64,000 nucleotides of DNA, taken from IMG/VR virus record IMGVR_UViG_3300005323_000042, positions 17,433 through 81,432 of that record; one strand, written 5' to 3'. This DNA comes from a virus. Taxonomy: Duplodnaviria; Caudoviricetes. This document shows, piece after piece, positions 57,880 to 64,000 of the stretch. The first letter of the stretch is position 1, and the number at the start of each line of letters is the position of its first letter. The notes beneath the pieces were generated by a model. The model made no database searches, was not told the origin of the DNA, and worked only from the letters and a program-made list of their open reading frames with translations. The position numbers were made by a program, and so were the translations under genes.

Positions 57880-58197
57880 ATGTCTATTAATAGTCTCATT
57901 GTAAGGTTTCCAATCTGCGAAGAATTAAACAATTTCAGAATTAGTCCCGAAGTTGCAAAAGAAGTTTTAATACAATCAAAAAAAGGAGATGATCTCTCTA
58001 TTATTCCTTGCTTTGGCAGGGAAGAACGGACCCTTGCAATAGATTCATATTGCAGAATCGGCAAGATTCCTAACCAAAACAAGTACCTCATCGTAATGGA
58101 TGATGGATGGCACATCGAATGGTGGAAACACTGGCAAAAAAGACTTGCCTGCATACTTGCTGACTATGTGGAAAGCAAACTAAATCCATCATCTTAA
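57880..58197 (+). CDS. Hypothetical protein
   Basis: Intact ORF co-oriented with the early region. Confidence 0.6.
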   Translation: MSINSLIVRFPICEELNNFRISPEVAKEVLIQSKKGDDLSIIPCFGREERTLAIDSYCRIGKIPNQNKYLIVMDDGWHIEWWKHWQKRLACILADYVESKLNPSS

Positions 58198-58303
58198 ACC
58201 AAAACATACGGAGTGCAATACCGGTTTCAGGACACCAATCCTGATTCGAGAGTTGCGGTGACTCTCCGCTTCACAAATACATATTTAAATTCAAGGAGCA
58301 TAT

Positions 58304-58513
58304 ATGGCGGGCGGCAAAAAAAGATTTGCAACTGTTGACTGTGCCAAACACGGTACAGTTGACTTCAGAAAAGGAATTCAATCAGACATCAGACGTGTAA
58401 AGGTATCAATTCCGAATACCAAAAAAAGAAGGTTATACGGTGGCTGTCCGAAATGTAAAGCCGAGGCTATTGCAGCCAAACGTTTAGCAGAAATAATAGT
58501 ACAGGAGGTTTAA
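58304..58513 (+). CDS. Small zinc-ribbon protein
   Basis: SD AAGGAG; DCAKHG...GCPKCK. Confidence 0.7.
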   Translation: MAGGKKRFATVDCAKHGTVDFRKGIQSDIRRVKVSIPNTKKRRLYGGCPKCKAEAIAAKRLAEIIVQEV

Positions 58514-58866
58514 TGTCAGGATACATAGAATTCTTTGAAGAGGACGTTAAATGTCCTCAATGTAAAACAACTTTCAAAGCTCCGGCCATCACAGATGACG
58601 AATGCCGACAAGATAACAATCGGGTTACACACGGACTCTGCGGCGGAAAGGCCAAATGTCCACAATGCAATGCAACTGCCACAGATGCAAACATAATAGT
58701 ATCAGATCCAATTGATCAACACCTAAAAACAATGTTAGAATCAGCTTCTAAATTAATTGACCTATTACAGAACAAGGAAGATGGGTTATTCACCTGGTGG
58801 GGATATCTATCAGAAAGATATAAGGAAATTAAAATAGCAGCAGAAGCTATCGGACTACATAAATAA
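58513..58866 (+). CDS. Cys-rich zinc-finger hypothetical protein
   Basis: SD AGGAGG; CPQC and CGGKAKCPQC; TAATG coupling. Confidence 0.7.
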   Translation: MSGYIEFFEEDVKCPQCKTTFKAPAITDDECRQDNNRVTHGLCGGKAKCPQCNATATDANIIVSDPIDQHLKTMLESASKLIDLLQNKEDGLFTWWGYLSERYKEIKIAAEAIGLHK

Positions 58867-58883
58867 AACAAACCGGTAATCCA

Positions 58884-59078
58884 ATGAATCAAACGTTAGG
58901 ACCACGCAACGGCGTACGTCACACGGGCGAATTCACATATATTTTTCGTAACGGACAGTTAATCCATAAAATTAAAGATACTCCGTTACCAGATATTGAT
59001 CCGCGTGAAAATAAAAGATTTGACAATTCAATAAAAGCACTAATCGCGCACGAAATGCGCAGAGGAAGAAAGCATTGA
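58884..59078 (+). CDS. Hypothetical protein
   Basis: Co-oriented small ORF. Confidence 0.55.
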   Translation: MNQTLGPRNGVRHTGEFTYIFRNGQLIHKIKDTPLPDIDPRENKRFDNSIKALIAHEMRRGRKH

Positions 59079-59287
59079 GTTTATTAGCAGCATTTGGCAA
59101 GGGCATAAATGCCTTTGTAAAGGAAGCTGGAATTGATCAAAAGATCAAAACCGGCGCGAACTGGTTAGCCCAGAAATCACAAAAAATAGCAGACAACATT
59201 CAGGTAGAAACAAATGCCGGTAAAGACCAAGAGACAACGAATACAGTTCCGAGCAACAACTCGGAGCAAGCAAGATTACGCAACTAG
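59075..59287 (+). CDS. Hypothetical protein
   Basis: TTG start overlapping the upstream stop, with SD GAGGA. Confidence 0.55.
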   Translation: MSLLAAFGKGINAFVKEAGIDQKIKTGANWLAQKSQKIADNIQVETNAGKDQETTNTVPSNNSEQARLRN

Positions 59288-59432
59288 TGCATATACTCCA
59301 TTACAGGCAATAAGATACCTACAATGGAAATACAATGCACAGATCAACGATTTATTCTGGTTTAAAAATAAAGAATGGTCAAGAGTTCCCGGCCGCCTAT
59401 GGAGTTCTAATGTACAATATACAAAGATATAG
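59214..59432 (+). CDS. Hypothetical protein
   Basis: Protein-like, aromatic-rich ORF that overlaps both neighbours. Confidence 0.45.
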   Translation: MPVKTKRQRIQFRATTRSKQDYATSAYTPLQAIRYLQWKYNAQINDLFWFKNKEWSRVPGRLWSSNVQYTKI

Positions 59433-60078
59433 AAAACAACTCTTTGACCTGATTAAAAAAAAGAAAGAAGGTCAACAAGTAACTGTAATACAATCAAATA
59501 TAAGATTCTTCGCCGACAGACATAGAAATGGTTTTGAAGTGTCTGATATACCACACGAATATTACGAATGCTGTATGGCATGCGACCACACAATAGCTGA
59601 ATGCACAATCCAAGATGGCAAATATATCGACAGCCAGGGCCAAACAATCGGCACAGTTAAAACAATATATAGTATTGAAGCAGAATCAGCAGTTACACTT
59701 ATTGCCTGGTATAACCATATGAACAGAAGATCCCAAGCGATGAGACCATTTAAATCATTTCAATTAATGGGAAAGGAAATTGAAGAAGCAGGTTTTGAGG
59801 AAGAAAGTTCGCATACCGATCAGCAAACGTCCGGGCCGTCTAATGACATTGAGCAAGCGGCTAACCAACCGGCAAGACCGCAAGTCGATTCGTCAACGTT
59901 TGAAACGCTTCAACCAAGCATAAGCGACTATATCCGAACTGCAATGAACAACGCACAAAACGGTATACAGGCAGACGAACGATCGACTCCAGGCGCATTT
60001 CATTACACAATGCCACGAACCAATACTATTAATTTCAGACCAGACTACTTCGAGCCAAATCCAGAACTCGAACTCTAG
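59410..60078 (+). CDS. Hypothetical protein
   Basis: The likely start is ATG 59410 after GGAG, in frame with ORF 59335..60078. Confidence 0.65.
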   Translation: MYNIQRYRKQLFDLIKKKKEGQQVTVIQSNIRFFADRHRNGFEVSDIPHEYYECCMACDHTIAECTIQDGKYIDSQGQTIGTVKTIYSIEAESAVTLIAWYNHMNRRSQAMRPFKSFQLMGKEIEEAGFEEESSHTDQQTSGPSNDIEQAANQPARPQVDSSTFETLQPSISDYIRTAMNNAQNGIQADERSTPGAFHYTMPRTNTINFRPDYFEPNPELEL

Positions 60079-60146
60079 AAATAGCCCCAAAGGATATAGA
60101 TACAAAACAATATTTAAACTAGAAATAGCCCCGAAGGAGGGTAAAA

Positions 60147-60527
60147 ATGGCAAAAGAGAGAAAAAACAAAAAAGCTGCAGTAGAGCAGAATGTAACAATG
60201 CAGCCTGCCAATGAACAAGCCGACCAGGCATCAGTCCCAAAGGATAAAAAAGCTCCGGCCACAATTAAAAGATACTTAAACCTGACAGGTAAAAAAGATC
60301 CTTCAATTGTAGTATCGGGCATTGAAATTCCTACTACAGCAGACAGAGTAAAGATAAAGATTGAAACAACGCCAAAAGTTCGCGCGTTTGTTGAAAGTCA
60401 ATTATCAGCAGTATTAGGCGAAGGCACAAGCTTTCAGCACGATAATACCAGCACATACACTATTGTTGACTCACCTCTTACAAAGATGGTAAATATTACC
60501 ATTAAAAGAGCAGTACTTCAGGACTAA
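60147..60527 (+). CDS. Hypothetical protein
   Basis: SD AAGGAGG. Confidence 0.7.
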   Translation: MAKERKNKKAAVEQNVTMQPANEQADQASVPKDKKAPATIKRYLNLTGKKDPSIVVSGIEIPTTADRVKIKIETTPKVRAFVESQLSAVLGEGTSFQHDNTSTYTIVDSPLTKMVNITIKRAVLQD

Positions 60528-60534
60528 CCGGGAA

Positions 60535-60768
60535 TTGTTTCTAACAAAAATCTGCGAGGCACGTCTGGGTTCTGATAAGCTAATTCGCTCTTTGACAAGC
60601 ATTAATCATATAATGTCTCTATTATTCTTTATAATAGCAATAATAACATTAGGTATACATGGCCTAATTATCTATCTAGCCTTCTCGGTTATAATATTTA
60701 TCATATATTGCTGGGGCATATTTATAACTCCTATAGCTAAAATAATACGTATTTATCTTAAGGAATAA
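60535..60768 (+). CDS. Small membrane protein
   Basis: Two hydrophobic stretches; the start is uncertain. Confidence 0.5.
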   Translation: MFLTKICEARLGSDKLIRSLTSINHIMSLLFFIIAIITLGIHGLIIYLAFSVIIFIIYCWGIFITPIAKIIRIYLKE

Positions 60769-61000
60769 AAGGTTCGAAAAATCGATAAAAACAAAGATTC
60801 GATGGGCCGTTCCCGAGAAAAACCAGGTCTTCTATTTTTCATTCTATATTTCATACATCCAATATATCCCTAATATAACAAAGTTTTACGTCGCAATATC
60901 CATAAAATGGCCTAAATTCTAAACATTCACCATGTTGTTTGGGCCATTAGATATACGACACAGGGATGTAAACATCCGACATTTAGCAAAAGGGTAAAAG

Positions 61001-61537
61001 ATGGAGATATTTGCAATTATATTCTTTGTACTTATTCTCTTTATAGACTAGTTATGGATTGAATCAATCCAACAAGCTATAAAGAAAAAGTATGTAGATA
61101 AGCATAAACTATTACAAAATTCATTACTTGTGATTTATTATGAAGTTGAAGTTAGTGAAGACAATGAATATAAGCTGGAATTAAAAAGAGTTTCAAAGTT
61201 AGCTCTTATAAGGCTTATATTTTTAGAAATTGGCATAGCGCTGTTGCTATGGCGCTTGGCACCACGAGGATTTATAGTTAAAGAATTCATAGAGATGACA
61301 ACTTTATGGATATTCAAATTAATAGTTATTGCTGTAGTAATTTTAATACTATTCTATGTATTTAAGTTTATAGCTTTTATATGTACAAAGATTATTAAGT
61401 TTATGAATTTATGGATAGGTTCTCCTAATATTATATTTAGTAAAGAGACAATACAAAAGATAAGGGTTAAATTCCGGCGCAAAAAAAATAACAAATTATC
61501 TATTGAAGATACTATACAAGAGCTCTGGAAAAAGTAA
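61001..61537 (+). pseudogene. Membrane protein gene interrupted by an in-frame TAG (61049-61051), or a CDS starting at GTG 61130
   Basis: ATG 61001 is in frame with ORF 61130..61537: MEIFAIIFFVLILFID*LWIES... Confidence 0.45.
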
Positions 61538-61869
61538 TGAAGAAAATTGATATTGAAAAATCTTTGGCAGAGGCAAAATGTCCAGAGAATAAATTATCAA
61601 TTGTACGAGCAGTTGTAAGATATACATTTCCATTACAAAACGAAGTTGACATTACTATTAGTAATAGTTTAAAGTTTGCAAAAACATTGGGCAATATTAA
61701 TATTGACAATAAATTAAAAATAGAACTTCTACGTGTATGCTTGGCAGTTGCTATGAAAAAATATGGTATCTCCAAAGAAATTAGACAAATTATGCTATTT
61801 TCACCGGAGATTACAACAAAAATAGAAGTTTTACTCTTATATAAGAGAGCAATAATGTCAGAAATATAA
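61537..61869 (+). CDS. Hypothetical protein
   Basis: TAATG coupling. Confidence 0.6.
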   Translation: MKKIDIEKSLAEAKCPENKLSIVRAVVRYTFPLQNEVDITISNSLKFAKTLGNINIDNKLKIELLRVCLAVAMKKYGISKEIRQIMLFSPEITTKIEVLLLYKRAIMSEI

Positions 61870-61874
61870 TAATA

Positions 61875-62084
61875 ATGAAACAAAAAAGTTTTGAAGAAAC
61901 TGCGCAAATATTAATTGAGATATGCAGAGATATTAAAGAATATGATCAAAATGTAATCTCAAGAATAGAAAAATTAATAAAAACTGATAGAAGAAAATTT
62001 ATTAAAGAGTTTATGAAATATACTGGCGTTAGTCAATGGGATCTCCCTTATATAATATTTACTGAAATCTATTCGGAGAATTAA
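61875..62084 (+). CDS. Hypothetical protein
   Basis: Tightly packed, co-oriented ORF. Confidence 0.55.
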   Translation: MKQKSFEETAQILIEICRDIKEYDQNVISRIEKLIKTDRRKFIKEFMKYTGVSQWDLPYIIFTEIYSEN

Positions 62085-62548
62085 TGCTGCATAGGTTTAG
62101 AGCTATTCCTAAAACAAATAAACTATATTATAAATGTATTAATTGTGATCTTAAAGTAAATAAATACGAATTTGAAAGATTTAAACAATATGAATGTTTA
62201 GAATTTAATAATAAACATATTCATAGTATTTATTCAGGAACAATAGCTATTGAACCTACTTTAAGAATTACTATACCTATATTACATATCCGACGATTGA
62301 AATGTAATATAAGTATAGACAAATTATTTCAGGATAATAAACAATTTAATGAAGGTAATATTTCTTGTTTGTTATTTAACAAGAAAGTAAGATTGTTACT
62401 TTGGCGAACAGGCAATAATTGTTTTGGTATATTACATAATTCAATTAATAGTACAATACACGAAAGAATTATGTCCTTCTATTATGATAAAAAAAACGTT
62501 ACCATAAATACATTTAATTATCCAGGCTATATAGACGATGGATATTGA
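62084..62548 (+). CDS. Hypothetical protein
   Basis: TAATG coupling, SD GGAG. Confidence 0.6.
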   Translation: MLHRFRAIPKTNKLYYKCINCDLKVNKYEFERFKQYECLEFNNKHIHSIYSGTIAIEPTLRITIPILHIRRLKCNISIDKLFQDNKQFNEGNISCLLFNKKVRLLLWRTGNNCFGILHNSINSTIHERIMSFYYDKKNVTINTFNYPGYIDDGY

Positions 62549-62801
62549 TAAGTTTAGAAAACATTATTGTTATACCTGGATAGGTGTTATTTTATTTGCA
62601 GGATTAATTGATATTAATCTACTATTTGGCATGATGGCTTTATCTATAGTGTGTACAATAATAATATTTATACTATTGTATACTGTATTGTTATTTACAT
62701 CACCAAAATTAAAGACTAAGGAAGTGCCCGAAAATATTGTTAAAAACACCGGGCGCGGATGGCAACAGATCATTAAGCATTTGTATATGCTATTTAAATA
62801 G
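62538..62801 (+). CDS. Small membrane protein
   Basis: Two hydrophobic segments. Confidence 0.55.
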   Translation: MDIDKFRKHYCYTWIGVILFAGLIDINLLFGMMALSIVCTIIIFILLYTVLLFTSPKLKTKEVPENIVKNTGRGWQQIIKHLYMLFK

Positions 62802-62808
62802 GAAAATC

Positions 62809-63204
62809 ATGATATTTGCAGCATTCGTAATTGTATGGGCAGGCTGGAACTGGTATACAGAACTCCAGCCGTATCTGAACAGGATGTATAGAATCAAATA
62901 TCATTCGTTTGTTCTGATTGCCGTATTTCAAAGACTGTATTGTTTACTTATCAATACAACCAGATTATTTACCGATGGTAAATATTTTCTGCTCGATGTA
63001 GCCATTACATTTATGTGCGCCGAGACTCTTGGCTTTGGCAAGGGTTTCGAAGGCGGCGTTATGGGTATATTTATATCCAATGTTGTCTCAGCTATTATTC
63101 TTATCATAATGATTAAGAATGGACAACTAGTTGGCGATAGCAAAATAATTAAATTCGTATCAAAGTTTATAAAGAAAAATATTCAACAGAGTTCACAAAT
63201 TTAA
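62809..63204 (+). CDS. Membrane protein
   Basis: ATG 62809 after AGGA, in frame with ORF 62737..63204; hydrophobic segments. Confidence 0.6.
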   Translation: MIFAAFVIVWAGWNWYTELQPYLNRMYRIKYHSFVLIAVFQRLYCLLINTTRLFTDGKYFLLDVAITFMCAETLGFGKGFEGGVMGIFISNVVSAIILIIMIKNGQLVGDSKIIKFVSKFIKKNIQQSSQI

Positions 63205-63220
63205 AGGAAAGGAGCATTTT

Positions 63221-63562
63221 ATGTCAGAAATAAAAGGGTCTAAAATTTCATCAATTCGTAAAATCGCCAATAACATAAACAAAATGGCTGATAAGTTAGA
63301 TAATAAAAAAGCCGAACCGAAAGGCAAGGTAATAATTGCTATTGATCAAATTGGCGGTGGTATTAGATATTTAGGCGTAGCAGCTAAGGATAAAACACTT
63401 GAACTGGCTGAGATATCTCCTGCAGATGCAGGCAGATCATTGAAAAGATTTATTAGCAAGTTCATTAATAAAAAAGTTCCAAAAGTTGATCAGGCAACAA
63501 TAACAAAACTGCTTGAAAATCCGGATTTTATCACATTGATTAAAACATTTCAGGCTGAATAA
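63221..63562 (+). CDS. Hypothetical protein
   Basis: Strong SD AAGGAG. Confidence 0.7.
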   Translation: MSEIKGSKISSIRKIANNINKMADKLDNKKAEPKGKVIIAIDQIGGGIRYLGVAAKDKTLELAEISPADAGRSLKRFISKFINKKVPKVDQATITKLLENPDFITLIKTFQAE

Positions 63563-63622
63563 CAGGCCAAATTAAATTTAATTCATTTCTCATTCATTTC
63601 ATTTACAAGGCAAGGAGAGACT

Positions 63623-64000
63623 ATGTCTCAATCATTAAACGTGCGTATCGTTACTGGTAATTTAGGCAACGACGCAAAGATTAGAACAGTTGGTGAAAAT
63701 AACGTTACAGAATTTTCTGTAGCGGTAACTGAAAGTTACAAAGATAAACAAGGCAACTGGGTAAACAGCGTAAGCTGGGAGCCAGTTGTACTATGGAATC
63801 CTTCTGACTATCAGGTTGCTCATTTAAAAAAGGGAGCTCACATTGAAGTTAGTGGAAGGATTAGACGCAGGACTTACAATGATAAGGATGGCGTTGAAAG
63901 AATGGTAGTTGAAACAATTGCCAATACCGTCCAGATTTTAAAAGAAGCAGGTACAAATGGTTATACGGATAATTCTGCAAGCGCAGGGGCGCACGCAACA
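63623..64000 (+). CDS. ssb: Single-stranded DNA-binding protein (partial; runs off the right edge)
   Basis: SD AAGGAG. MSQSLN..IVTGNLGND...FSVAV.E.YKDK.G.W...W..VV.W...LKKG..IEVSGRI..R.Y.DKDG. Confidence 0.9.
   Translation, partial: MSQSLNVRIVTGNLGNDAKIRTVGENNVTEFSVAVTESYKDKQGNWVNSVSWEPVVLWNPSDYQVAHLKKGAHIEVSGRIRRRTYNDKDGVERMVVETIANTVQILKEAGTNGYTDNSASAGAHAT

Noticed and set aside
60075-60138. Mini CRISPR array
   Set aside because: Only two 20-bp repeats with a 24-bp spacer, no palindromic repeat and no cas genes.
42781-61051. Alternative genetic code (TGA=Trp or TAG=Gln), suggested by the two in-frame stops
   Set aside because: All long genes are intact in the standard code, and TGA and TAG serve as real stops (ATGA overlaps; genes ending at 49080 and 60078). 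The LAGLIDADG gene also has a frameshift, so it is simply decayed.

Overview
This is a 64-kb segment of a large myovirus-like (contractile-tailed) phage genome in the standard genetic code. From about 47.6 kb down to the left edge, the minus strand carries one long virion and packaging operon. It includes a putative small terminase, a DnaQ-exonuclease/PD-(D/E)xK fusion, a dead LAGLIDADG gene, PhoH, an HNH endonuclease, the large terminase, portal, prohead protease, decoration and major capsid proteins, neck proteins, the sheath, four tube-fold paralogues, two tail chaperones separated by a 6-kb accessory insert, a probable tape measure, a 1427-aa virion protein and a partial M23-peptidase/baseplate-hub fusion. 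The plus strand from 47.8 kb starts with a secreted protein bearing a T9SS-type C-terminal domain, which suggests an FCB-group host. Two leftward XRE regulators then face a rightward early region that begins with a YonO/RdRP-like single-subunit RNA polymerase. That region continues with RNase H, a CCA-adding enzyme, about 1.3 kb of hairpin-dense non-coding DNA ending in a 145-nt tRNA-like RNA, many small hypothetical genes and a partial SSB. Five copies of the palindrome CAATTTAAATTG lie in this control region. All functional calls come from motif recognition and synteny by eye; no database searches were run.
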